From: an uncultured Clostridia bacterium
GTDB lineage: Bacteria; Bacillota; Clostridia; Christensenellales; Borkfalkiaceae
NCBI GenBank assembly: GCA_947625865.1
Contig: CANQQD010000002.1
Coordinates: forward strand, 39,457 to 103,456
Length of the DNA stretch: 64,000 bases
Direction of reading: 5' to 3'
Made by a program: the position numbers and the translations under genes. This document shows positions 34,005 through 43,688 of this stretch, piece by piece. How positions within the stretch are numbered: position 1 is the first letter of the stretch; every line of letters starts with the position of its first letter. Under the pieces are notes generated by a model that did no database searches, was not told the origin of the DNA, and saw only the letters and a list, made by a program, of their open reading frames with translations.

Positions 34005-35927
34005 ATGAAAAAAAGGGCAGTGAAGCCGCCTTTAACGGCACTGTTGGCTCTTCTTGCGGTGTGTGCCGCCATATGCGCATTTTTCGGCACGACGGCGGCG
34101 GATGCATCCACCCACGAGGCGGGAGATTACAGATATGAATACGTCGCTTACTCTGTGACTTACGACGTGAACCCCGACTGTGAAATTTACGTCACTGAGG
34201 ATATAACGATACACTATCTCGGCAGGGACAGCACGGGCTTCCGTTTGGCTATACCCACAAACGCGGGCGCACAGGTGAAAAACATACGCGTAAAGGGCGT
34301 GCAGGTCGTTGACGGTAAAGCGGCGACCTATGCCGTATCGATAGAGGACAACAACCATGTGACGGTGGATATCGGCGACAGCTCCCACAAGAGAAACGAC
34401 ACCGAACAATACATAGTCACCTATTCCTATTGCATAGGCAACATGTCTGTCAAATCGGGGACGCTTTCCGTAAACCCGATAAGCACCGACAATGCATGTA
34501 AAATTTTAAATGCCGACGTTACAATACTTCTTCCAGACGGATACGTTGACGGCAGAATGTTCAAGGGCGCCAGCCTTGCGGATAAAACGGGCGAAGCGGT
34601 GACGGCAACCACCGAAAGCGGCAGAACGACAATAAAGGCGTCGTTCGATGGGCTGAACGAGTTCGAAGGCGTTTCCTATGACCTGCGGTTTGAAACGGGC
34701 GCTATCAGACCCTACTTCGATTTTGTCCCCTACTACTTCGCGATCGCCGCAGCGGCTCTTATTGTGGCGATCCTGCTGGTAAAGCTGCTGCTTTTCAGCA
34801 AGACAAATCTTACCCCGATAGTCGGCTTCGAGGCTCCCGAGGACATGGATCCCCTGCTCATGGGCAAGCTTATAGACAACAAAGTAAACTCCGAGGACGT
34901 TACGGCGCTTATATTCTACTGGGCGGACAAGGGGTATCTGAAAATAAATCTCGACAATAAGGATAACCCCACTATCATAAAAATAAAAAATCTGCCCGCA
35001 ACGGCAAAAAATTACGAGCAGACGGTGTTTGCGGGACTTTTCCGCGGCGGGGATTCGGTTACGACAAACGATCTGAAGTATGTATTTTACCCCACCTTTG
35101 AAAAGGCGACGGCGCTTGTGAACGATGAAGCCAAGGGGCTCTTTATGAGCTCGAGCATAGGCGTTTCGGTTATATTCGCTCTCCTCGGCGGAATACTGCT
35201 GGGACTTGCGCCGCTGCTCTCGGGGATATTGTTTATCGCTCCCTCGCTGGTATTCTTTTACAGTTTCATTGCCATAATTCCGGCGCTCGTTCTATACGGG
35301 CTGACTGAAACGGTAATGTATAACAGGCTGAAAAACAAGGGCGGGAAAAACGCGCTGTTCTTCGGGCTGCTCGCCCTCGGAATATTAGCCTGCTCCGCGG
35401 TGTTCACGCTGGCAATTCCGGGCGCGCTCATGCCGCTCATACCAAAGCTTTTGCTGAGCGTTCTGGGCTTTTCGGCGGTGGCGGCGGCGGTGGCTATAAT
35501 AAGCCGCACGCGCGAATATACAAATGAATTGAACGGGATAGTCGGATTCAGAAACTTTATAATATACGCCGAAAAGGAGAGGCTGGAGGCGCTTTTGGAG
35601 GACGACCCGCAATATTATTTCCACGTGTTGCCATATGCGCAGGTTTTGAACGTTTCGGACAAGTGGGAGGAAAAATTCAAGGAGATCACCGTGCCCCCTC
35701 CCGTATGGGCGACCTCCTCCCTCGACACCATGCTGAGCTTTGCGCTCCTGAACAGTATGATAAGGCGCTCCACGGTGAGCATTACCGCGGGAATGATCTC
35801 CCGCCCCTCTTCCTCGGGGAGCGGCCTGAACGGCGGAGGCGCCGGCGGAGGCTTCGGAGGGTTCGGAGGAAGCTTCGGAGGCAGCTCGGGCGGAGGCTTC
35901 GGCGGCAGCGGGAGCCGCGGAAGATAG
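34005..35927 (+). CDS. DUF2207-type membrane protein with Gly-rich C-terminal tail
   Basis: Signal/TM segment, large extracytoplasmic domain, several TM segments, and a GGGFGGFGGSFGGSSGGGFGGSG tail. Pairing with LemA is the usual context of this family. Confidence 0.75.
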   Translation: MKKRAVKPPLTALLALLAVCAAICAFFGTTAADASTHEAGDYRYEYVAYSVTYDVNPDCEIYVTEDITIHYLGRDSTGFRLAIPTNAGAQVKNIRVKGVQVVDGKAATYAVSIEDNNHVTVDIGDSSHKRNDTEQYIVTYSYCIGNMSVKSGTLSVNPISTDNACKILNADVTILLPDGYVDGRMFKGASLADKTGEAVTATTESGRTTIKASFDGLNEFEGVSYDLRFETGAIRPYFDFVPYYFAIAAAALIVAILLVKLLLFSKTNLTPIVGFEAPEDMDPLLMGKLIDNKVNSEDVTALIFYWADKGYLKINLDNKDNPTIIKIKNLPATAKNYEQTVFAGLFRGGDSVTTNDLKYVFYPTFEKATALVNDEAKGLFMSSSIGVSVIFALLGGILLGLAPLLSGILFIAPSLVFFYSFIAIIPALVLYGLTETVMYNRLKNKGGKNALFFGLLALGILACSAVFTLAIPGALMPLIPKLLLSVLGFSAVAAAVAIISRTREYTNELNGIVGFRNFIIYAEKERLEALLEDDPQYYFHVLPYAQVLNVSDKWEEKFKEITVPPPVWATSSLDTMLSFALLNSMIRRSTVSITAGMISRPSSSGSGLNGGGAGGGFGGFGGSFGGSSGGGFGGSGSRGR

Positions 35928-35946
35928 CTTTCAGATACAAACGAAA

Positions 35947-35975
35947 TGCGGCGGCGCGAATTTCGCGCCGCCGCA
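35947..35975. terminator. bidirectional terminator between the DUF2207 gene and rplI
   Basis: TGCGGCGGCGCGAAA / TTTCGCGCCGCCGCA palindrome. Confidence 0.8.
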
Positions 35976-36020
35976 AATATTATACTTCCGCTGAGCTTTG
36001 TTAAACCATATGTGCCGCGG

Positions 36021-36464
36021 TTATTCCGCCTGCACCTCCACCTTTATCTTGGCGGATACTCCCTCCATCAATTTAAGCTCTACCTCGTATTCGCCGAGGT
36101 TCTTTATGGGCTGGGGGAGCGTTATCTTCTTTTTGTCGACGTTATAGCCTGCCGACGCCAGTGAATCGGAGATATTGCCCGCGGTGACCGAGCCGAAAAC
36201 CTTGCCGTTCTGCCCCGCCTTGATCTTCACCGTAAATTTTTGTCCCGAAATGGTTTTAGCCATCTCGCGCGTGGCTTTCTCCTCCTCGGCTCTGTGGAAA
36301 TCGGCAGCCGACTTTTTCATGGACATGTCGTTCAGCTTTGCCGCAGTTGCGACCTCTGCCATGCCCTTTTTTATGAGAAAGTTGCGGGCATAGCCCTCGT
36401 TTACGTCCACCACTTCGCCTTTTTTGCCCTGTCCTTTAACATCCTGTAACAGTATAACTTTCAT
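36021..36464 (-). CDS. rplI: 50S ribosomal protein L9
   Basis: [28 protein letters not shown] start with RBS AAAGGAGAAAGCTATG. The track ORF to 36611 is an unsupported extension. Confidence 0.95.
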   Translation of the reverse strand: MKVILLQDVKGQGKKGEVVDVNEGYARNFLIKKGMAEVATAAKLNDMSMKKSAADFHRAEEEKATREMAKTISGQKFTVKIKAGQNGKVFGSVTAGNISDSLASAGYNVDKKKITLPQPIKNLGEYEVELKLMEGVSAKIKVEVQAE

Positions 36465-36565
36465 AGCTTTCTCCTTTAGATTATTGTACGTCCTCGGCGG
36501 GGGTTTGTCAAGGGGCTTTGAATAATTTGCGGGCTTCGGCACAAAATAGAATCGGAGGGTTTGAT

Positions 36566-36721
36566 ATGGAAAACAACGTGAATATCGACATAGCCTGCGA
36601 CGTTTCGACATGCAGGCACAACTACCAGAGCTGCAACTGCACCTTGCCCAAAATCAAGGTCGGCTGCACCTGCAATGCGGAAGCCTGCACCTGCTGCCAG
36701 AGCTACTCCGAAAAAATTTAA
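36566..36721 (+). CDS. DUF1540-like small Cys-rich protein
   Basis: RBS GGAGGG plus ATG 36566. 51 aa with 10 Cys ([33 protein letters not shown]). Confidence 0.6.
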   Translation: MENNVNIDIACDVSTCRHNYQSCNCTLPKIKVGCTCNAEACTCCQSYSEKI

Positions 36722-36727
36722 TTTAAA

Positions 36728-36770
36728 AGGGGCGCGCAGTTTATAAAGCTGCGCGCCCCTGTTCTTTTTT
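36728..36770. terminator. bidirectional terminator
   Basis: AGGGGCGCGCAG / CTGCGCGCCCCT stem plus TTCTTTTTT. Confidence 0.85.
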
Positions 36771-36772
36771 GC

Positions 36773-37840
36773 TTATGCAAATGTGAGCCACTCACGCAGG
36801 GGAATGATAGCGCGCATGCCCATGCTCACCAAAAGGTTATCCTGATAGAAATACCTTGCCACGACGCTCCTTGCGAAATAGCTTGTGAACGGCTGCATGA
36901 AATCGAGGTCGTAGATGGGCTGGACTATATAGCCGATAAAAAGAATTATGCCTGCCGTTATTATAAGCATGACAAGTGCGCCGAGGATACCGTCCGCAAC
37001 ATAGAACGCCGAACCGAGGCGGGCGAACGTGAGCACCCTCGAAACGAAGAAGGATATCAAAAATACCACAACGAGCAAGAGGACGAACAAGCCCGCCGTT
37101 ATTATCCAACGGGCTATCGTGAGGATAACGTCTTCGGAGAGAGAAAGTTTGCCGCCGAACCATCCTCCTACCGTATTGGCAAACGCAGAGCTTGCGTCGT
37201 TGAAGAGCCCCGAATTAAATACGAGGTTATAGGCTATGAAGCCCGCGCCGACCGCAAAACCGAACACGAGCAACGACCACAGCGACGAGGAAATGCCGTT
37301 TGAAAAGCCGTGGCGGACGGCTATATTTATGAAGCCGAGAATTATGAAATCAAACGCAACCGCCTTTAAATTGAGCCACAAGCCGCTTCCGAGCAGTCCG
37401 CCGAGCGACGATTGGAGCCCCGTGATATGCGCGAGATCCAGAACAATGAATACAGGTACGATTATGATGAAGGCTACCATCATGCCCTTTATGGCGAGCA
37501 CGACGCCGCCCCATATCCTGTTTATCACGCCCACGGCTCCATAGGAGCGCATTTCGTCGTCCCGACGTTCGAGCGCATGCCTAATTATCCTTTTAAACAG
37601 GCCCGAAAGACCTATGCACAGGAGCAACAGCAAAACTGCCGCTATTATAACTACAATGCCCGCCGCCGTGGAGCCGACGCCCGTGGCCTTCAATATCACG
37701 CCCACACTGATTGTGAGGAGAGCGGACACAAGATACTCCCCCGCCCACGTCTGTACCTCGGTAAAGCCCTTTACGAGCCCGACTACAAGACCTATGACGG
37801 CAAACAGCGCGGGTATCACTACTAAAAATATTACTGCCAA
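36773..37840 (-). CDS. hypothetical polytopic membrane protein (N-terminus faintly CvpA-like)
   Basis: Hydrophobicity only. It lies 15 nt downstream of glnS on the same strand. Confidence 0.6.
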   Translation of the reverse strand: MAVIFLVVIPALFAVIGLVVGLVKGFTEVQTWAGEYLVSALLTISVGVILKATGVGSTAAGIVVIIAAVLLLLLCIGLSGLFKRIIRHALERRDDEMRSYGAVGVINRIWGGVVLAIKGMMVAFIIIVPVFIVLDLAHITGLQSSLGGLLGSGLWLNLKAVAFDFIILGFINIAVRHGFSNGISSSLWSLLVFGFAVGAGFIAYNLVFNSGLFNDASSAFANTVGGWFGGKLSLSEDVILTIARWIITAGLFVLLLVVVFLISFFVSRVLTFARLGSAFYVADGILGALVMLIITAGIILFIGYIVQPIYDLDFMQPFTSYFARSVVARYFYQDNLLVSMGMRAIIPLREWLTFA

Positions 37841-37855
37841 AATATGTTCTCCGTT

Positions 37856-39502
37856 TTATTTATTATAACTATCTTTTAAAGATACTATCTCTGATAAAAT
37901 AAGTTTGCCGTCTTCCGCGGACTTTTTATAGTAGCCCGTGCGCATGAGCTGGAAGGGCTTGCCGTTTTCGCTTGCGGAAAGATAGGGCTCGGCTTTGCCG
38001 TAAAATATTTTTTCGCTGTTCAGGTTGAGCCGCTCCGCATAGTCCTGATCGGGATACTCCTCGTCCTTTAATAGCGGTTCATACTGTCTGAACTCGGCGT
38101 CTAAGCCGTACTTTGCGTCCACCCATTGAATTACGCCCTTTGCCTTTATATCGCAGGGAAGATTGGAGCCGCTGCGGCTCTCGGGGAAATAGGTGCACAA
38201 AAGCTCTTTTACTTCGCCGTTTTCGTCCAAAACAACATCGTCGCAACGGACGATATACGCCGCCTTGAGGCGCACCGTACCGCCCTTTTGCAGCCTCTTG
38301 TATTTCGGCGGAGGATCGAGCGAGAAGTCGTCCCCGTCTATATATACGCTGCCCGTGAATTTAACTTTACGCGTTCCCTCGTTCTTTACGGGGTTCTTTT
38401 CGAAATCAAGTTCCTCCTCGCCCGTATAGTTGGTGATAGTCAGCTTTATGGGATTTAAAACCGCCATTGCGCGCTCGGCGTTTTCGTTGAGGTCGTCGCG
38501 CACGCAGCTGTCAAGCTGGGCGGAATTGACTATGGAATATGCCTTGGCGACGCCGACGTCGGCGCAGAATTTTTTGAGCGCCTCGGGGGGAACTCCGCGG
38601 TTTTTAAGACCCATTATCGTGGGCATGCGGGGGTCGTCCCAGCCGCGGACAAAGCCCTCGTCCACGAGCTTTTTCAAATATCGCTTGGACATAAGCGTGT
38701 TCGTAATGTTGAGACGGGCAAACTCTATTTGGCGGGGTCTGGGTGCGGGGAAGCCCGCTTTTTCTATAAACCAGTCGTAGAGCGGGCGGTGATTTTCAAA
38801 TTCGAGGGAGCACAGCGAGTGGGTAATTCCCTCGATGGCGTCCGAGACGGGATGCGCAAAGTCGTACATGGGATAGATACACCACTTGTCGCCCGTGCGG
38901 TAATGCGAAACGTGGGCAATGCGGTAGATTATGGGGTCGCGCATATTCACGTTAGGCGAGGACATATCTATTTTTGCACGCAGCGTGCGCGCGCCGTCGG
39001 GATATTTGCCCGCCTTCATTTCGCGGAAGAGCTTTAAATTCTCCTCCACGCTCCTGTTGCGGTAGGGCGAGGGCGTGCCCGGCTCCGTTAAAGTGCCGCG
39101 GGTAGCCGTTATCTCCTCCGCCGAAAGGTCGCACACATAGGCGTTGCCGTCAAGTATATATTTTTCGGCTATTTCGTAGAGCCTGTCGTAGTAGTCGGAG
39201 GCAAAAACAAGCCTGTCGTACTCGAAGCCCAGCCACTTCACCGCCTCGACAATGGAGTTTACATACTCGTAGTCCTCCTTGGCGGGGTTGGTGTCGTCCA
39301 TGCGGAGATTGAGTTCGCCGCCGTACCTCTCCTTTACGCCGAAGTTGATGCACATGGCTTTTATGTGTCCTATGTGCAGATAGCCGTTCGGCTCGGGCGG
39401 GAAACGCACCAGAATTTTATTGCCGCGGGATTCGAATTTGCCTGCCGCAAGCTCTTCGTTTATTATTTGTTCAATGAAATTTGTTGCCTCGGGAAGCTGC
39501 AT
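37856..39502 (-). CDS. glnS: glutamine--tRNA ligase
   Basis: Near-collinear with E. coli GlnRS by eye (NFIEQIINEEL, RFPPEPNGYLHIGH, WCIYPMYDFAH, LMSKR). Confidence 0.95.
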   Translation of the reverse strand: MQLPEATNFIEQIINEELAAGKFESRGNKILVRFPPEPNGYLHIGHIKAMCINFGVKERYGGELNLRMDDTNPAKEDYEYVNSIVEAVKWLGFEYDRLVFASDYYDRLYEIAEKYILDGNAYVCDLSAEEITATRGTLTEPGTPSPYRNRSVEENLKLFREMKAGKYPDGARTLRAKIDMSSPNVNMRDPIIYRIAHVSHYRTGDKWCIYPMYDFAHPVSDAIEGITHSLCSLEFENHRPLYDWFIEKAGFPAPRPRQIEFARLNITNTLMSKRYLKKLVDEGFVRGWDDPRMPTIMGLKNRGVPPEALKKFCADVGVAKAYSIVNSAQLDSCVRDDLNENAERAMAVLNPIKLTITNYTGEEELDFEKNPVKNEGTRKVKFTGSVYIDGDDFSLDPPPKYKRLQKGGTVRLKAAYIVRCDDVVLDENGEVKELLCTYFPESRSGSNLPCDIKAKGVIQWVDAKYGLDAEFRQYEPLLKDEEYPDQDYAERLNLNSEKIFYGKAEPYLSASENGKPFQLMRTGYYKKSAEDGKLILSEIVSLKDSYNK

Positions 39503-39520
39503 ATGTTTCGCCTCGATATA

Positions 39521-41182
39521 TTAAGATAAGCCCGTGATGGTTCCGTTTTCGTCGATATCTATGTGCTCGGCGCAGGGCACCTTGGAGAGCCCCGGCATGA
39601 GCATAATTTCGCCGGCGACCGCAACTATGAAGTTTGCGCCGCCCTTATAAATAACGTCGCGGACGTAAATTTTAAAGCCCGTGGGACGGGCGAGCTTTTT
39701 GGCGTCGTCCGACAGAGAATATTGGGTTTTTGCGATTATGACGGGCAAGCCCTTTATGCCCTTGCCCTCTATTTCGGCTATTTTTTCAAGCGCGAGGTCT
39801 GAAAAATCCGCGCCGTCGCCGCCGTATATATTTTTGACGATGTCGTTTACTTTTTTAACAATTCCGTCGTTCAAATCGTAGGAATAGTGAAGCTTGGAGG
39901 GCTTATCGCAAGCGGCAACAACGGCTTTTGCAAGCTCTACGCCGCCCTCGCCGCCTTTTAAGAACACGTCCGTAAATACAGCCTGCGCCCCCGCCTTTTC
40001 GCATGCGGAGAGCACTTCGTTTATTTCAGCCTCGGTGTCGGTGGCAAATCTGTTCATTGCTACGACTACGGGCTTTTTGTAGACGTTTGTAACGTTTTCG
40101 ATGTGCTTTAAAAGATTGGGCAGCCCCGCGCGCAACGCGGGAATGTTTTCGGCGGAAAGCTCGGCTTTATCCGCGCCGCCGTGGAGTTTCAACGCCTTTA
40201 CTGTGGCGACTACGACTACGCAGTCGGGCTCTATGCCCGCTATGCGGCACTTGGTGTCGAGGAATTTTTCCGCGCCGAGGTCTGCGCCGAAGCCCGCCTC
40301 CGTCACGGTGTAGTCGGCAAGGGTCATCGCCGTATATGTTGCGCGTATGGAGTTGCAGCCGTGGGCGATATTTGCAAAGGGTCCGCCGTGGACGATCGCG
40401 GGAGTGCCCTCCAATGTCTGCACGAGGTTGGGCTTTATGGCGTCCTTCAAAAGGGTAGTCATGGCGCCGTCCGCCTTTAAATCGCGGGCGCGGACGTATT
40501 CGCCGTCCTCGGATATTCCGACTACTATATTGCCTATCCTCTTCTTCAAATCGGCAAGATCGGTAGCAAGGCACAAAATTGCCATAACCTCGGAGGCCGC
40601 GGTAATTTCGAAACCCTCCTCCCTTTCGTAGCTCTGGCAGCCTTTCATATTGCCCGCGGCGTTATGTAAGGTTATATTGCGCAGAGCGCGGTCGTTCATA
40701 TCCATGCAACGTTTGAAGTAAACATGCTTGATCTTTAAAGCGTTGCCGCGGAAAATATGGTTGTCTATCATTGCGCAAAGGAGATTGTTAGCCGCCGTTA
40801 TAGCGTGAAGATCGCCCGTAAAATGCAAATTTATATCAGCCATGGGCACGACCTGCGCATAGCCGCCGCCTGCCGCGCCGCCCTTTATGCCGAACACCGG
40901 TCCCAAGGAGGGCTCCCTTAAAGCAAGACAAACCTTTTTGCCTATCTTCGACATGCCGTCGGCAAGACCTATGGAAACGGTTGTCTTGCCCTCGCCGCTC
41001 GCGGTGGGGTTTATTGCCGTTACCAAAACAAGCTTTGACTTGGGGTTTACCTCACCGAGGTTGATTTTTGCCTTGTATTTTCCATAGAGTTCGAGGTCGT
41101 CCTCGCCTAAACCGAGCTTTGCAGCGATTTCGCGAATGTCCTTCATTTTACAGCTATCTGCAATTTCGATATCCGACAACAT
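39521..41182 (-). CDS. fhs: formate--tetrahydrofolate ligase
   Basis: MLSDIEIA start with RBS AAGGAGAAGCCGCATG; PTASGEGKTT P-loop. The track ORF to 41320 is an unsupported extension. Confidence 0.95.
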   Translation of the reverse strand: MLSDIEIADSCKMKDIREIAAKLGLGEDDLELYGKYKAKINLGEVNPKSKLVLVTAINPTASGEGKTTVSIGLADGMSKIGKKVCLALREPSLGPVFGIKGGAAGGGYAQVVPMADINLHFTGDLHAITAANNLLCAMIDNHIFRGNALKIKHVYFKRCMDMNDRALRNITLHNAAGNMKGCQSYEREEGFEITAASEVMAILCLATDLADLKKRIGNIVVGISEDGEYVRARDLKADGAMTTLLKDAIKPNLVQTLEGTPAIVHGGPFANIAHGCNSIRATYTAMTLADYTVTEAGFGADLGAEKFLDTKCRIAGIEPDCVVVVATVKALKLHGGADKAELSAENIPALRAGLPNLLKHIENVTNVYKKPVVVAMNRFATDTEAEINEVLSACEKAGAQAVFTDVFLKGGEGGVELAKAVVAACDKPSKLHYSYDLNDGIVKKVNDIVKNIYGGDGADFSDLALEKIAEIEGKGIKGLPVIIAKTQYSLSDDAKKLARPTGFKIYVRDVIYKGGANFIVAVAGEIMLMPGLSKVPCAEHIDIDENGTITGLS

Positions 41183-41304
41183 GCGGCTTCTCCTTAATAA
41201 ATCTTTTGATTTATTATAACATATGCGCGCCGTAAATGTACACCGTTTGCAGGCAGTTTTTTGAAATTCGGGATATGTTTTTGAGATGTAAATATTGGAA
41301 TAAA

Positions 41305-41344
41305 CGCCGCCGCGGGACAAGTTGTTGTCCCGCGGCGGCGTTTT
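41305..41344. terminator. GC-rich palindromic terminator
   Basis: CGCCGCCGCGGGACAA / TTGTCCCGCGGCGGCG stem plus TTTT. Confidence 0.8.
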
Positions 41345-41549
41345 ACGCGCTTTCGGCTACGGTTATGCGGAATTTCTGGCCGTTCAAAAACTCCATTTGA
41401 AATGTATTGCCGCTTTGCGAAAATGCACAAACGAACAATTCCTTTAAAGTGGTTACGATCTCACCGCACAACTCGGCTTCGGAAAATTTCTGCTCCAACT
41501 CGGCGGCAAATACCTCCTTTGCCGATATCAGGTTTTTACTTTTGGTCAT
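41343..41549 (-). CDS. hypothetical 68-aa protein
   Basis: Strong RBS AGGAGGTAACAAAGTTATG, followed directly by a terminator. No family recognised. Confidence 0.55.
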   Translation of the reverse strand: MTKSKNLISAKEVFAAELEQKFSEAELCGEIVTTLKELFVCAFSQSGNTFQMEFLNGQKFRITVAESA

Positions 41550-41674
41550 AACTTTGTTACCTCCTTTGTTTTATACGCTTGCAAGCATAATTAAATTATA
41601 TTCTCTACTTTGCCATCAGTCAACAAAATGATGCTAAAACCGATAAGAATATTTTGTAATAAAAGGACTACTTT

Positions 41675-42118
41675 ATGGTTAATTTGTCGAAATTCGCTGA
41701 AAGACTTAAAGAACTAATGTGCGATAAAAGCTTAAACGCGCCTGCGCTTGCAAAAGCTGTCGGCACAGACCGCACGAATATCACAAGATATATGCGCGGA
41801 GAACGCGCGCCGCAGTTTTTGACCTTTGCGGCGCTCATTGAATTTTTCGATTGCTCCGCAGACTATCTTTTGGGACTTACCGATTACCAGAAAGACGGAA
41901 AACACTATCCTGAAGTTCAACCGTTTAATATTTCGCTGATAAAAGCTTTTAAATGTACAGGCAAAAGTCAATACGGTTTGGCAAAACAGCAAAAAATTTC
42001 CGCCTCTCTTATCTATGACTGGCTTACGGGAAAGAGATTGCCCTCAATGGAAAATCTTATTAAATTGAGCGATTATTTTGAAACTTCGGTAGATTATCTG
42101 CTCGGAAGAGAGAAATGA
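41675..42118 (+). CDS. transcriptional regulator with two tandem XRE-type HTH domains
   Basis: Two HTH_3-like units: LNAPALAKAVGTDRTNITRYMRGE ... DYLLGLTD and SQYGLAKQQKISASLIYDWLTGK ... DYLLGRE. Confidence 0.8.
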   Translation: MVNLSKFAERLKELMCDKSLNAPALAKAVGTDRTNITRYMRGERAPQFLTFAALIEFFDCSADYLLGLTDYQKDGKHYPEVQPFNISLIKAFKCTGKSQYGLAKQQKISASLIYDWLTGKRLPSMENLIKLSDYFETSVDYLLGREK

Positions 42119-42169
42119 TGCTGCGCCGAAAAATGCTTGACTTGACAGGATAAATAAAATAAAATGGTT

Positions 42170-42197
42170 AGGTAGCCGAGAGGCTGCCTATTTTATT
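42170..42197 (+). terminator. hairpin with GAGA loop and T-tract between the XRE gene and glyQS
   Basis: AGGTAGCC-GAGA-GGCTGCCT followed by ATTTTATT. It could terminate the XRE gene or act in the glyQS leader. Confidence 0.45.
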
Positions 42198-42236
42198 GCG
42201 GCGCACTAAGCCAAGTGCGTACAAAAGGAGTTATTT

Positions 42237-43619
42237 ATGGCGGAAGAAAAAAGAGCGGTAACAATGGATAAACTTGTGAATTTGTGCAAGACAAGGGGCA
42301 TTATTTTCCCCGGAAGCGAAATTTACGGCGGAATGGGCAACACGTGGGACTATGGCCCCGTGGGCGTGGAAATGAAAAACAACATTAAACGCGCATGGTG
42401 GAAACGCTTTGTGCAAGAGAGCGAAAACAGCTACGGCGTGGACGCAGCCATACTTATGAACTCCAAGGTTTGGGAAGCGAGCGGACACACCTCCTCCTTT
42501 TCCGACCCCAAAATGGATTGCAGGGAGTGCAAGAGCCGTCACCGCGCGGACAACCTCATCGAGGCTCATTCAAAGGGAACGGTAAACCCTGACCTTATGA
42601 CCAACGAGGAGATGGAGGCGTATATTCAGGAGCATCATGTGTGCTGTCCCATCTGCGGAAAATTCAACTGGACGGGCATACGTACCTTTAACCTTATGTT
42701 CGAGACCTCGCGCGGGGTGACCGACGAAAGCCAGAACAAAATATATCTCCGTCCCGAAACGGCGCAGGGCGAATTTGTGAATTTTATGAACGTGCAGCGC
42801 ACTACGCGCGCAAAGGTGCCTTTCGGGATAGCGCAGGTAGGCAAGGCGTTCAGAAACGAGATCACGCCCGGAAACTTTATTTTCCGCACGATAGAGTTCG
42901 AGCAGATGGAGCACCAGTGGTTCTGCAAAGAGGGCACGGACAGCTCATACTATAATGAATTCAAGGAAAAGGCGTGGAAATTCCTTGTCGACCTCGGCTT
43001 CAACGAGGAGCATTTGAGGTTTAAGGATCACGACAAACTGGCGCACTACGCAAAGCAGGCGTGCGATATACAATATTTATTCCCCATGGGCTGGTCGGAG
43101 CTGAACGGCATACACAACCGCACCGACTATGACCTTACGAGGCATCAGGAATACTCCGGCAAGACCATGCAGTACGTTGACCCTGTGACGGGCGAGAGAT
43201 ATATACCGTATGTTATAGAGTATTCCATAGGCGCGGACAGGCTCATGCTTGCAGTGCTCTCCGAAGCCTACGACGAAGAAGCCCTTGAGGAGGGCGACGT
43301 GCGCAACGTTCTGCACCTGCACCCCGCCATTGCGGCTTACAAAGCCGCCGTGCTGCCGCTGCAAAAAAATCTTGCGGACAAGGCGCAGGAAATTTATAAA
43401 AAATTATGCAAGCGTTTCCCCGTTACCTACGACGCGGCGGGCTCGATAGGCAAGCGTTACCGCAGACAGGACGAGATAGGCACTCCCTTCTGCATTACCA
43501 TTGACTTCGACACATTGGAGGACAACACCGTGACCGTGCGCGACCGCGACAGTATGGAGCAGATACGCCTCGGCGCGGACGGGCTTGCGGAATACATCGC
43601 AAAGAAAACAGAATTTTAA
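42237..43619 (+). CDS. glyQS: glycine--tRNA ligase (homodimeric alpha2 type)
   Basis: IIFPGSEIYGG, LRPETAQG, FRNEITP motifs; 460 aa. Confidence 0.95.
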   Translation: MAEEKRAVTMDKLVNLCKTRGIIFPGSEIYGGMGNTWDYGPVGVEMKNNIKRAWWKRFVQESENSYGVDAAILMNSKVWEASGHTSSFSDPKMDCRECKSRHRADNLIEAHSKGTVNPDLMTNEEMEAYIQEHHVCCPICGKFNWTGIRTFNLMFETSRGVTDESQNKIYLRPETAQGEFVNFMNVQRTTRAKVPFGIAQVGKAFRNEITPGNFIFRTIEFEQMEHQWFCKEGTDSSYYNEFKEKAWKFLVDLGFNEEHLRFKDHDKLAHYAKQACDIQYLFPMGWSELNGIHNRTDYDLTRHQEYSGKTMQYVDPVTGERYIPYVIEYSIGADRLMLAVLSEAYDEEALEEGDVRNVLHLHPAIAAYKAAVLPLQKNLADKAQEIYKKLCKRFPVTYDAAGSIGKRYRRQDEIGTPFCITIDFDTLEDNTVTVRDRDSMEQIRLGADGLAEYIAKKTEF

Positions 43620-43636
43620 AAAAATCAATTTCAAAA

Positions 43637-43670
43637 CGCCCCCGACCGTTTATATGTACGGTCGGGGGCG
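43637..43670. terminator. bidirectional terminator
   Basis: CGCCCCCGACCGT / ACGGTCGGGGGCG stem. Confidence 0.8.
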
Positions 43671-43688
43671 AATTTATTTACATGTTAT

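Noticed and set aside
35800-35927. Gly-rich GGFGG repeat DNA at the end of the DUF2207 gene, considered as a separate repeat element or frameshifted gene.
   Set aside because: It is in frame and continuous with the upstream ORF. Such tails are a common feature of this family.
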